This document shows, one piece after another, positions 1 through 9,965 of a DNA stretch of 35,815 nucleotides (within the stretch, counting starts at the first letter, position 1; each line of letters opens with the position of its first letter). The notes under the pieces are model-generated. The model saw nothing but the letters and a program-made list of their open reading frames with translations. It was not told the origin of the DNA and searched no databases. Source of the DNA: Candidatus Poribacteria bacterium. GTDB lineage: Bacteria > Poribacteria > WGA-4E > UBA9662. The stretch is from positions 1 to 35,815 of the forward strand of contig JAYGDX010000101.1 of the NCBI GenBank assembly GCA_046582655.1. The letters are read 5' to 3'. Made by a program: the position numbers and the translations under genes.

Positions 1-3000
1 TTTAGCCTCGATTCGGTTTATGGTCAGTTCAGTATCAGAGGGAATGTGACAGAAGCTGACGGAACAGCAGTGGGAGTGGGCTATACGGTCAAGGCGGTCA
101 ACCAGCAAGTTTCCGGCTGGTCAATTTACACGGATGGAAAAACGAGAGTCGATGGTTCGTATACTGATATAACCTTCATAGACTTCTTTGGTAAGACCAC
201 CAATGCGGGCAATCAAATTGTTTTGACAGTGATTGAAAATGCAACTGGTCAAACCAAGGGCAGGAAGGTTTATACGGTTACTCAGCAAGCGGTAACAGCC
301 ATGAGAGCCAGTGTTGATATCAGACTATCCGGGATAATGGTGGAATTTTCACCTGCGGCAGAGGTTTTGGCAGATGGGGTTTCGTCTTTGCAGGTAACGG
401 TAACGGTGCAGGATGAAACGGGAGAGTTGGTCAAAGATGACAGTTTGACCCTTGAATCGGCCAAAGGTTCCGTTATCGGTAATGTGGTCAATAACGGAGA
501 TGGGACTTATAGTACCACCTATTCGCCGTTATCACTGGTAATCTCCGGTTCTGTAGCGGATTCGTTGACGGTGACATCTTCCAAGCTGAATCAGTCGGTG
601 GTGGAAACGGTAACCCTTCTGGAAGTGCCGACGGTAGTCACCATGTCTGTCAGCGGCCAGACATTTCAGGCCGATGAAAGCAAGACATCCTTGGTCATAG
701 TAACAGTCAAGCGTGGAACAGCGGTCAAGGATGAGACGGTAAAGATAACTGCCAGCCGCACAGACGGAGTTTCTGATGTGGGTTCGGTGGGAGCCATTGT
801 CAATAACGGAGATGGAACTTACAGCGCCACCTATACCCCGGCCAAAGCGGTGGGCCAAGTGTCGTTGCTAGCCACGGCCGAGAAGTCGGGCGTTTCGTCC
901 GCCTCGGTTTTGATAACCACCAACGCCGGTCCAGCCGCCAATTTGGCATTGGTTCTGGCACCTGAAGAGGTTTCGAGTTTAGCTCAAGGCAGCATCACTG
1001 CCATGGTAACGGATGCCACCGGCAATGGCGTGGGCGGACTGAATCTGAGCGGCACTGCCGCCGGGACGGGGACAGTTAGTGTTTCAACGGCTGGAGAAAC
1101 TTTTGGCAGTTACAACCTGACTTATACGGCTTCAAAGATTGAAGAGGCAGGAACAGACGAGGTAACGGTATCGGTTTTGACTACGGAAATCTCGGGGAAG
1201 GTGACGGTCAAGCTGACGCCGATCCCGCCGAAAGAAGTTCGGACATTGGTTATCAGCGGATTTGTCTACAAGAAAGGTGGGACGGTACCGGTATCCGGTT
1301 TGCAGGTTAAGGTGAAGGCGGGAACCCTGGAATCGGAGACAACCACTGCGGGTAACGGCTTGTATGAAGCCACCTTCTTCGGCCTGTTGGCTCCGGTAGC
1401 GCGGACGGGAGATTTGATTTCGGTGGTGGTGACGGACAGTGCAGGACAAGAACGTGGCAAGGTTGAAGCCTTCCCCTTGTCGGAGCAGCATCTTGATGCC
1501 GACAGTCCGGATTTGGCCAACATAGATTTGCCGATAACCACTGATGTTGGTTCGATGTCCAATAGTTTGTCGGTATCGGGCACGGTTTATCTTGATGACG
1601 GGGAAACGGCAGTTGGTAGTGGAGTGAGGGTGAAAGTTGAGAATGCCAAGCGGAATCTTACGCAATCGGTGTTGACGGACAGGACAGGTGGTTACGCCAT
1701 AGAGTTTTCAGATGAGACGAAAATGGTGTCGGAGACGGATGATGTCCTGACATTTACAGCAAGTTTGGGAGACAAGGTTTTTAGCGCCAGTCGGACGTTG
1801 ACGTCAGCCGAGGTTGAAGGAGGATTGTTAAGTTATGGCCTCCGCACGGATTTCCCGGCGACAGCCAATGAGACGTTTGTGGTCTATGGCACGGTATTTC
1901 AGGTTGATGGTCAGGCGCCTGCCCGAGCAGGATTGAAAGTTGTTGTCAAACTCAATGATTTTGAAGTGGCAGTCCCTACCGACAGCGAAGGACGTTATGA
2001 AGCGATCAACGTAGTGCTGAACAAAGTTATTGCTACGACCGGTGATGTTGTGAGTGTGGAGGTGACAGCCACGGATATTGCCGTCAGTCGGGTTGTGGGT
2101 ACCGCGACACATAAGCTGACAACAGCGGAAGTCAAAGTGCAGCGTGCAGAGATCAATGTGACCACTGATTTGAAAGCGGCCAGCAAAGTGTTATCGTTGT
2201 CCGGTCAAGTTTATCTGGATGGTGGAGAAATCCCTGCGCCGGATGGCTTGAAGGTTGTGGTTGCTAATACCACGCTTGATGGGCAGATAGATGATGTGAC
2301 AATAGATGGAGGCAAGTACAATGTCACTTTCCTGGACTTGTCAAATAAGATTGTGGCTGAAACGGGAGATGAGTTTAAAATTACGTTGACCAATGGTGAT
2401 GGTGCTGTCTACGAAAAGAGCTATACAGCCACAACGGCGGATATAGGTGCCGGCAAAATTGAAGGACTGGATATCACCACCGACTTTGCCGTAACGAATA
2501 CCGTGTTATCGTTGTCCGGTCAGGTTTATCTGGATGGTGGAGAAATCCCTGCGTCGAACAGCTTGGCGATTACGGTGTCTAACGTTACCCGCGATCAGCA
2601 GATTAGTGACGTGACAATGGATGGAGGCAAGTACAATATCACTTTCCTGGACTTCTCAAATAAGATTGTGGCGGCTACGGCAGATGAGTTTAAAATTACG
2701 TTAACCAATGCCAACGGTGCCGTGTTTGAAAAGACTCATGCTGTTTCTAGCGAAGAAGTGGGTGCTGGAAAAGTAGAGGATCTGGATGTTGTGACCAACT
2801 TCGGAGCTACCACCAAATTGTTGAATGTGAAGGGTATTGTTTACCGTGAGGGTGGAGAGGTCGCCGGACCTGCCGGTTTGACAGTTAAAGTTTCAGTCAA
2901 AGGGAGCCGGGCGTCACAGTCGGCAGTAACCGCGGGAGATGGCAGTTATAGTTTGAAATTGGGCAATGGAATTGCGTTTCTGGCCCAAACGGGTTCCGAA

Positions 3001-6000
3001 GTGACGGCATTGGTATCGGATGCGGCTGGAGAGCGAGGACGTGGTTCGATTGTGCTGACGACATCAGCTGTTGTCAGTGGGAATGCGATTCTGAATGCCA
3101 TCACGGATTTGGGAGCGACGACAGACACGCTGGCGGTGACGGGTAAGGTCTATAACCAGGGAGAACAGGTGATTAAGAGTGGATTGACGGGGATGGTTAG
3201 TCTAGGGAACGTGTCAGTTACAGTCTCCTTTGAAGCGGATGGCACCTATTCGGCCACTTTTGTCAGCTTTACTGGTTCGATAGCTGAAAGTGGTGATACG
3301 GTAAGGCTTTCGTTTACTCACTCGGATGGCAGCATATCTGCGTATCAGGCCAAGCTGACGACCAAGCAGATAACGGATCAGTTGGCGGAAGTTGATGTGA
3401 TGACGGATCTGAGCGTATCTACAGAAACGCTGGCGGTAGTGGGTAAAGTCTATGATATTGATGGTCAAGTGATTAAGAGTGGATTGACAGGTACGGCTAG
3501 TATAGGAGGTGTATCAGTTCCAATTTCTTTTGAAGCGGATGGCACCTATTCGGCCACCTTCTTCAGTTTTACCGGTTCGGTAGCCAGTAGCGGCGATATG
3601 GTTGAACTCTCTTTTGTTAGTCAAGACGGGGTCAAAGTCTTATACAGGGTAGAGTTGACAGGCAAACAGGTTGCCAGTCAATTGGCTGATGATATTGATG
3701 TCGATTTTATCAAAGATGAAGGGCCACCTACTGCCGTTGCTGTTGCCGTTCCTTCTACTATTCAGATAGGGGAGAGTGTTACTTTTGATGGTAGCGGTTC
3801 GACTGATGATATTGGTATTGTTTCCTATAGTTGGGTTATTGATGGAGTGGCTTCTGCTGTTAAGAAGAGTACGACAACGCACACTTTTGATAAGGCGGGG
3901 TCCTATACTGCCACTCTGACAGTTAAGGATAAAGCGGAAAATGAAGCTGTAGCGACTGTTGCCGTTTCTGTTGGTGGTTTTGGTTTTGCCGGCCTCGTTC
4001 GAGAAGCAGATGGCAAGATTCTGGAATCTAATACTGCCACTTCTGAGTCTGTGCTGATTGAAGTAACGCATCTTTCGACCAAGACAAAAGTTGTTGGTAT
4101 ACCCCGCAATGGCCGCTATGTGGCTGTCTATGGTTTGGATCAGTCAGAGAACATAAGTGTTGGGGACCAGTTTGAAATTCGTGCGCTTAGTGCTAATGGG
4201 TTGCCTTTATCTAGAACTGTTATGCATGTTTTGGCACCTAAAGAGTACCAAAGTAACATGGTTGAGTTGGCGGATATCGCCACCAATCGAACTTCGACTT
4301 ACGCCATCACGGGTCGAATTTTTGACGCTGATATTCAGCCGATTGTTGGCGCTGTTGTCTCTGTGGAAACACCGCTTGGAGTCCAAACTGTGATTACGGA
4401 TGAGTCTGCTTCTTATTCTTTTACATTTTCCGATTACTTGACTAACCCTTCTCGCGGGGAAGAAATTCTTCTTAATGTCAGCATACCAGGTGGCATGTCA
4501 CGGCGTTTGGTGGTGATTGCTTTTGAGGAACCGATACGTGCAGTTGTCGCAAATTCATTGCCGCTTCTGCTGGGAGGACTCGCAATTAATACCGTGCAGC
4601 ATCGCGATTTTATCGACCGGCTTGTCTCGCACACCATTGCTGAAACGGAAGTTGGCAGAACCCTGGGAAATGGAGCGGGAGAATTGTTAGAGTTTGTCAG
4701 GAAGAGTCCGAAGCTTCGATCTGACATGATTCAGTTGATTGAAGGGTTGTTGCTGGGAGGCCTTCTGCCGAACCAGGTTGTCTTGAGTCCTGAGCTTCCC
4801 TTGATTTTCGAACAGTCTGAAACTTTGATAATGGAGAACTTTGGTAATGGTCTTTATCCCTATTCGGTTGCAGGTATGGGGCTGGGAACAAAAGATGAAA
4901 ATCTTGCTCTGGCGGTGGTTGGAGATAAATTGGATTTGTATCTGATTGTACCGGGGGCTGAGGCCACAAGTGTCGAGTTTAGCCTGACCGGAGCGCAAGG
5001 TTCTACGGTTACTGCACAGAGAATTGTAGAAGGGGTGTCAATGCCCCATACTTTTCAATTGGAGGAACAACTTGGCGTTACTTTCTTGCCAGCGTGGCCT
5101 GGGTTAAGGAAAGGTGATCAGCAGGTTTTTAATTCTGTTAAATTGAAGTATGCCGTTAAGAATTTACCTGTATCTGGCGACCGTCTGAATCCTGTTGACT
5201 ATTCACGTGAGGCAATGTTGCAACCGCGTGTTATTTCCGATCAGGTGGTTTGGGAAACAGTTGTTGATATTAAACCTGCAAAAGCTTACTACTATTATTA
5301 TCAAGTTGAATTAAGCAACCCGTTAGTTTTAAGTTTGGGTGGTAAGAAGGTTGATGTTAGTAACTGGGGACTTCCTGACCCGCGGAACCTGCAGATTGAG
5401 GATCGAGATCTGATTGAGAAACTTGTAACCAGGGAGTTTCAGTTGGCTGTTGCGCCTGTACTGGATCCAATGGTTTCTTCCGTTTTTAGTGGTGGCGGTA
5501 AGGTTATGTCGATTGCGCCTCAGCAACAGAAGAAGCTGACCAGTATTCTGACTGCGAATGCGTTACCGTTGATGGATGATATTTTGCAGACGCTTGATCC
5601 CAAAGTTTCATCTATGTTTGTCACACCAAAATTGTCCACATCGCAGTCTCTCTGGGTTGCTACGTTTGATTTGGCCAATAATATTGATGGTGATTATCAG
5701 CTTTCTGCGTCTGTTTATAACACGAACGGTGATTTGGTTGACAGGATAGGCGGTAAAAAGTTCAGGTTAGATCGATTTGCTCCTTCAGCTGATTTGAGCG
5801 TGTCTGCCGGTCAAAATTCGCGTGTTTATCAGGCAGAAGATGGTGTTTATGTCGCCACTGCGCTGCCGGTTGCTAAAGGAGAGAGTCCACTGGCTACATT
5901 GAACCTCAGCCTTCAACACGATCCGGTAAACGATGTTGATTTAACTGGTTATATCTATCAGCTTATCCGTCATCATGATGATGTTGCCAGTCAAACTGCA

Positions 6001-9000
6001 GAATTTTGGACGGGTGTGCCAACCTCGCCGGATGCCGATTATACTGGTGCTAGCCAGGTCATTGGAGGTCTGCTAGGTGGGCTGCTGGCACCGGGGCAGC
6101 TCGGCATTTTTGGCCAGCAGCCGGTAACCGCTACTGCTCCTCACCGAGTCTCTTTTATGATTCGAGGTGAACAGGCTGATTCGGCTTTGGTGACGGGTAA
6201 ATTTGGTGTCCGTGCCGTTGGTGTTGATCCGGTGTTGAATGTCGGTTCCCGCATCCCTCCGACTCGCCTGAATGTTGTTCCAGCGGCCGCGGATATGGCT
6301 AGGGTGGCGACTGTCATCGTTAACGGCCAGCAGGGGGAGGATACCATTTATGCCGACGAGCTTGATCTGAAACTTCGGGTTTCAATTGTCAGCCGGAAGC
6401 ATCCGTTGACATTAATACGTGTTGAGTATGTTTCTGCTGGAAATTGGACAGAAATTGGCACGATTGAGGCAGATGCTTTGAAAGGTGCTGCGGCTGGATC
6501 AACCTATGATGTGGATTGGAAGGTGACGAACTTTGATGATTTGTTGGCGGTAAGTAGTCAGGTCGATGTGAGAGCTGTTGCTACCAATGCTTTTGGTATA
6601 GCGGATCCAAAGCCTGTATCTCTGGCTTTAAAGTTGGATGCTAGGTTGTATCCAGCCCCGCCGGCTGTGAACTCAATTGATCTTACGGCTACCGAATTTG
6701 GTAACGACAGTGGCGGTACTAAAGGTGAAATTGTCTTAGTTGCTAAGACGAAGGCATTTACCAAGCCATCCATTGGTCTAGTTCGTTTTGAAGCACGTCG
6801 CCAAAAGGAGGCTGAAAATTGGCAAAGGATTGGTGACGTCAAAACTTCAGCCGACGCGTCTAATGGTTTTTTGGAATGGAAGCTGATGTATGATACCAAG
6901 AAACTTGGCGATACGATTGTTGCGGGCGGCCCAGCAGCTCGGGATAGATTAAAAGATGATAATCCATATATTGTTAGGGCTGTTGCCGTCGATGTTGCTG
7001 GAAAAGCTCATGATACGGTCGGCGTTATCAAGTCAACTGCTTTGTCGGTAGATAACGTTGATGATGTCCCTCCCATAACCGGAACTGAGATCACTCAAAT
7101 CGTTGATGGTATGGGTGTTCTTAAAGTACAGGGTGGCGCTTATAGCACCGGCGGGTTAATTGCTAAAGATGTCGATCCACCGGTTCTTCTGATTACTGCT
7201 AAGCCGGCGGCGGATCCTGCAACCTTTAATAAAGTCGAACTTCATTTTACGATAGGTGAAAAGAAACTCGACCTTATTCCGATGCAGGCTTCGAATGAAG
7301 GGCTGTATAAAGCTGCCCTTCCGTTAAAGGATGTTGCCAATGGCAAGTATGTCGTTCGAGCATTGGTGACAGATGCAGCCAATAATGTGGAGGTTGCTGA
7401 TGACAGAGAGGCCATTAGGGTCCACGTCGAGAACTTTGAGTTGCCGTTTAGTGATGAGAAGGGAATAGTGATTGCTATTGGTGATCGGGATCCCCAGTCT
7501 GCGACTGAGATTGCTAAAATTTATCCTCGAGGGGTTCCAATTACCAAAGGGGGATTCTCATTTAGCAGCATATTGCCGGCAGATGTTACTGAGAAGGATA
7601 TTGATATTTTTATCAATGGTCAATCGGCAAGAGCACGAGGGTTGCTTAAGATAGAAGTGAAACTGGTTAAGCCTACTGGTCAGGGATTTCGATCCATGGT
7701 TCTGGTTGATGAACAGAAAGAGTTCATTATTACTCTGGATACTTCCCAGTTCGATGATGGGATATATGACCTTAAGGGATACATTTCAACACGAACTGGT
7801 CAACTTTCCTTTGATCTGCCTAAAATTAATGTAGATACTGTGCCTCCGGTTATTGAGATTCTGTCACCGTTGACAAATGCCGAAACCAGTCCATTACCGA
7901 CGATCTATGCTTCCTACAATGATGGTACTATCGGCAGTGGTATTGATGCCAAGACATCAACGATTAAATTAGCTCGCCTGGCACCAACTGAGAAAGTGGT
8001 TAAGCTTGATGCCGATGGTTTAAAAACCAATGAAAATGCACTGATATATACCCAATTAGCTTCTCTTGAAGGAGGATTTTATCGTGTAATCGTTGCAGTT
8101 TCTGATATAGCTGGGAATTTGGGTGAGACCTCAATTGAATTCGCTATTGAAGGGACGCCACCAAAGATTCCAGACAACACGGCGCCGGTTGTGTCTACAT
8201 TCAGTCCGCAAGGAATAGTACAGTTTGAAGATGTTCTGGTTTCGGTTACTGCCTCTGATCCGGAATCAGGCGTTTCGGGAGTGATGCTCTCTGTTGATGG
8301 AAAGGTTGCCAAGGAAGGCGCTGCTCAGGTCTTTAAGCTTGATAATGGCACGCATAAAGTAAAGGCGGTTGTGACCAATGGCAAAGGTTTGAAAACAACT
8401 GCTACTTGGTCGTTTCTGGTTGAGTTGAAGGTTGAAGAGGTTGATAAAACACCTCCGATAGTTTCATCTGTTACGCCGCAAGGATTGGTTAGGTCTGCTG
8501 ATGTAACTGTTGCTGTTTCGGTTTTCGACGATCAATCTGGTATTTCTGATGTTCAGCTTTCTGTGAATGGTGATGCGGCTAAAAAAGGATCTCAGCGCAG
8601 GGTTACCCTGAATTCCGGTAATCATGCGGCACGTGCAGTTGTAACTAACGGTGTGGGTTTGAAGACGACTTTCGATTGGACGTTTACCGTTGAAATTGAT
8701 ACAACACCGCCACAGATTACAACCGTATCGCCGGAAGGGATTATTCGTTTGGGGAAACCGCAGATATCTATATCGGTAGTTGATGATTCTTCGGGTGTCG
8801 ATAAAATTGAGATTTCGGTTGTCAACGCCTTGGATTTAAGTTCTGTTCCTGGTTCTATTGAATTGGATAGCAAGAAAACTTGGGCTCGTTTGACACCCGA
8901 AAATGTTTTAGAGAATGGTACTTATGCTGTTAATGCTAAAGTTTCTGATGCGTTTGGGAATACGAGCGGAGTCAAGTGGGTCTTCACTGTTGAAGTTGAT

Positions 9001-9903
9001 GTTAAGCCTCCGCAGATTATGGCCATCACGCCTCAGGGAACCATACATACTGAAAAGCCATCAATTTCTGCCTCTGTTGCCGATGATATTTCGGGTGTTA
9101 AGTCGGTTGATGTCTCACTTCGAGATTCGAATGGTAAGGGCGTTTCCGGTAAGTTGAAAACTGACGATACCAAAAGTTCCGCCACTTTTACCCCCCAAAA
9201 TAATCTGAAGGAAGGTAATTATTCTGTTGCTATAAAGGCTACTGATAATGCAGGTAATTCCAGCAGTACAAAATGGAGTTTTACCGTTATTCTGGACACG
9301 ACACCACCAGTGATTACCATAATTTCGCCAATGGGTGAATCCAATGTTTCGGAGGGACGCCCTGTGATTTCCGCTAGCTATACTGATGTCATATCAGGGA
9401 TTGATCAGGCATCGGTCAAGTTGTTCGTTGATAACGAGGATGTAACGTCCAAAGTGAAGGTATCTGATACCCGTGTTAGCTATATATCAGCATTGGATCT
9501 TGCGTTTGGGAGACATGCTGTCAAGATAGAAGTCTCTGATTTGGCTACTCCAACTGTAAATACCTCCTCTCAGGAGTGGACATTTATGGTTGAGAGTCGG
9601 GATGGTCTGGCTCTGCTGTATCCGAGGAACTATCCGAATCCGTTTGAAGAGGCAACGACCGTTGCCTTCACGCTGACTCGTGGATCAAGTGTGTCGATTG
9701 AGATCTATGATGTGACTATGCGACTTGTTCTTCAATTGAAAAATAACCAATACATGGAGGCTGGTGAACATCAAATTAGATGGGATGGGAAAACAGCTGG
9801 AGCGGTTGATGATTTAGCACGTGGAGTTTACTTCTGTCAAATTATCGTGGAAAGTAGTCTTGAACCGGAGTATGGTTTATTAAAGATGGCATTAACACGT
9901 TAA
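1..9903 (+). CDS. Giant multi-Ig-domain surface/secreted protein (5'-truncated): invasin/Big_1-like domains, ~100-aa beta repeats, PKD, unknown central region, DTTPP-type Ig domains, C-terminal FlgD-Ig/T9SS type A-like sorting domain
   Basis: Frame is open from base 1 (FSLDSVYGQFSIRGNV...), so the true start lies outside the window. Invasin-like 'NNGDGTYSxTY' motifs; PKD 'VTFDGSGSTDD..IVSYSW...HTFDKAGSYTATLTV' at ~3724-3972; six D-x-x-[PA]-P-led Ig domains from ~7831; 'NYPNPF...IEIYDVTMRLV...GEHQIRWDG...LARGVYFCQI' at 9628-9843. Confidence 0.9.
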   Translation, partial: FSLDSVYGQFSIRGNVTEADGTAVGVGYTVKAVNQQVSGWSIYTDGKTRVDGSYTDITFIDFFGKTTNAGNQIVLTVIENATGQTKGRKVYTVTQQAVTAMRASVDIRLSGIMVEFSPAAEVLADGVSSLQVTVTVQDETGELVKDDSLTLESAKGSVIGNVVNNGDGTYSTTYSPLSLVISGSVADSLTVTSSKLNQSVVETVTLLEVPTVVTMSVSGQTFQADESKTSLVIVTVKRGTAVKDETVKITASRTDGVSDVGSVGAIVNNGDGTYSATYTPAKAVGQVSLLATAEKSGVSSASVLITTNAGPAANLALVLAPEEVSSLAQGSITAMVTDATGNGVGGLNLSGTAAGTGTVSVSTAGETFGSYNLTYTASKIEEAGTDEVTVSVLTTEISGKVTVKLTPIPPKEVRTLVISGFVYKKGGTVPVSGLQVKVKAGTLESETTTAGNGLYEATFFGLLAPVARTGDLISVVVTDSAGQERGKVEAFPLSEQHLDADSPDLANIDLPITTDVGSMSNSLSVSGTVYLDDGETAVGSGVRVKVENAKRNLTQSVLTDRTGGYAIEFSDETKMVSETDDVLTFTASLGDKVFSASRTLTSAEVEGGLLSYGLRTDFPATANETFVVYGTVFQVDGQAPARAGLKVVVKLNDFEVAVPTDSEGRYEAINVVLNKVIATTGDVVSVEVTATDIAVSRVVGTATHKLTTAEVKVQRAEINVTTDLKAASKVLSLSGQVYLDGGEIPAPDGLKVVVANTTLDGQIDDVTIDGGKYNVTFLDLSNKIVAETGDEFKITLTNGDGAVYEKSYTATTADIGAGKIEGLDITTDFAVTNTVLSLSGQVYLDGGEIPASNSLAITVSNVTRDQQISDVTMDGGKYNITFLDFSNKIVAATADEFKITLTNANGAVFEKTHAVSSEEVGAGKVEDLDVVTNFGATTKLLNVKGIVYREGGEVAGPAGLTVKVSVKGSRASQSAVTAGDGSYSLKLGNGIAFLAQTGSEVTALVSDAAGERGRGSIVLTTSAVVSGNAILNAITDLGATTDTLAVTGKVYNQGEQVIKSGLTGMVSLGNVSVTVSFEADGTYSATFVSFTGSIAESGDTVRLSFTHSDGSISAYQAKLTTKQITDQLAEVDVMTDLSVSTETLAVVGKVYDIDGQVIKSGLTGTASIGGVSVPISFEADGTYSATFFSFTGSVASSGDMVELSFVSQDGVKVLYRVELTGKQVASQLADDIDVDFIKDEGPPTAVAVAVPSTIQIGESVTFDGSGSTDDIGIVSYSWVIDGVASAVKKSTTTHTFDKAGSYTATLTVKDKAENEAVATVAVSVGGFGFAGLVREADGKILESNTATSESVLIEVTHLSTKTKVVGIPRNGRYVAVYGLDQSENISVGDQFEIRALSANGLPLSRTVMHVLAPKEYQSNMVELADIATNRTSTYAITGRIFDADIQPIVGAVVSVETPLGVQTVITDESASYSFTFSDYLTNPSRGEEILLNVSIPGGMSRRLVVIAFEEPIRAVVANSLPLLLGGLAINTVQHRDFIDRLVSHTIAETEVGRTLGNGAGELLEFVRKSPKLRSDMIQLIEGLLLGGLLPNQVVLSPELPLIFEQSETLIMENFGNGLYPYSVAGMGLGTKDENLALAVVGDKLDLYLIVPGAEATSVEFSLTGAQGSTVTAQRIVEGVSMPHTFQLEEQLGVTFLPAWPGLRKGDQQVFNSVKLKYAVKNLPVSGDRLNPVDYSREAMLQPRVISDQVVWETVVDIKPAKAYYYYYQVELSNPLVLSLGGKKVDVSNWGLPDPRNLQIEDRDLIEKLVTREFQLAVAPVLDPMVSSVFSGGGKVMSIAPQQQKKLTSILTANALPLMDDILQTLDPKVSSMFVTPKLSTSQSLWVATFDLANNIDGDYQLSASVYNTNGDLVDRIGGKKFRLDRFAPSADLSVSAGQNSRVYQAEDGVYVATALPVAKGESPLATLNLSLQHDPVNDVDLTGYIYQLIRHHDDVASQTAEFWTGVPTSPDADYTGASQVIGGLLGGLLAPGQLGIFGQQPVTATAPHRVSFMIRGEQADSALVTGKFGVRAVGVDPVLNVGSRIPPTRLNVVPAAADMARVATVIVNGQQGEDTIYADELDLKLRVSIVSRKHPLTLIRVEYVSAGNWTEIGTIEADALKGAAAGSTYDVDWKVTNFDDLLAVSSQVDVRAVATNAFGIADPKPVSLALKLDARLYPAPPAVNSIDLTATEFGNDSGGTKGEIVLVAKTKAFTKPSIGLVRFEARRQKEAENWQRIGDVKTSADASNGFLEWKLMYDTKKLGDTIVAGGPAARDRLKDDNPYIVRAVAVDVAGKAHDTVGVIKSTALSVDNVDDVPPITGTEITQIVDGMGVLKVQGGAYSTGGLIAKDVDPPVLLITAKPAADPATFNKVELHFTIGEKKLDLIPMQASNEGLYKAALPLKDVANGKYVVRALVTDAANNVEVADDREAIRVHVENFELPFSDEKGIVIAIGDRDPQSATEIAKIYPRGVPITKGGFSFSSILPADVTEKDIDIFINGQSARARGLLKIEVKLVKPTGQGFRSMVLVDEQKEFIITLDTSQFDDGIYDLKGYISTRTGQLSFDLPKINVDTVPPVIEILSPLTNAETSPLPTIYASYNDGTIGSGIDAKTSTIKLARLAPTEKVVKLDADGLKTNENALIYTQLASLEGGFYRVIVAVSDIAGNLGETSIEFAIEGTPPKIPDNTAPVVSTFSPQGIVQFEDVLVSVTASDPESGVSGVMLSVDGKVAKEGAAQVFKLDNGTHKVKAVVTNGKGLKTTATWSFLVELKVEEVDKTPPIVSSVTPQGLVRSADVTVAVSVFDDQSGISDVQLSVNGDAAKKGSQRRVTLNSGNHAARAVVTNGVGLKTTFDWTFTVEIDTTPPQITTVSPEGIIRLGKPQISISVVDDSSGVDKIEISVVNALDLSSVPGSIELDSKKTWARLTPENVLENGTYAVNAKVSDAFGNTSGVKWVFTVEVDVKPPQIMAITPQGTIHTEKPSISASVADDISGVKSVDVSLRDSNGKGVSGKLKTDDTKSSATFTPQNNLKEGNYSVAIKATDNAGNSSSTKWSFTVILDTTPPVITIISPMGESNVSEGRPVISASYTDVISGIDQASVKLFVDNEDVTSKVKVSDTRVSYISALDLAFGRHAVKIEVSDLATPTVNTSSQEWTFMVESRDGLALLYPRNYPNPFEEATTVAFTLTRGSSVSIEIYDVTMRLVLQLKNNQYMEAGEHQIRWDGKTAGAVDDLARGVYFCQIIVESSLEPEYGLLKMALTR
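1246..3710 (+). repeat. Eight tandem ~100-105 aa repeats in the giant protein (start consensus L-x-V/I-x-G-x-V-Y/F-x-x-x-G)
   Basis: Repeat starts LVISGFVYKKGG, LSVSGTVYLDDG, FVVYGTVFQVDG, LSLSGQVYLDGG (x2), LNVKGIVYREGG, LAVTGKVYNQG, LAVVGKVYDIDG. DNA-level duplicates at 2188/2503 (offset 315) and 3121/3421 (offset 300). Confidence 0.85.
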
Positions 9904-9965
9904 GCGGGAAAAGGTGTGGAGTGCATGCCACAAAGTCAAATTTCATATTGTTGAAGGAGGGTATG

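Noticed and set aside
46..48. GTG start proposed by the ORF track for the giant protein
   Set aside because: The frame is open to base 1 and no signal peptide follows this GTG; the gene begins upstream of the window.
2188..3590. Direct repeats as CRISPR, DGR template/variable pair or mobile-element ends
   Set aside because: Offsets are multiples of three, the repeats are in-frame domain duplications, and no cas, reverse transcriptase or transposase gene is present.
282..9157. Many short antisense or alternate-frame ORFs within the giant gene (and similar ones throughout the window)
   Set aside because: Shadows of real CDSs; no recognisable motifs.
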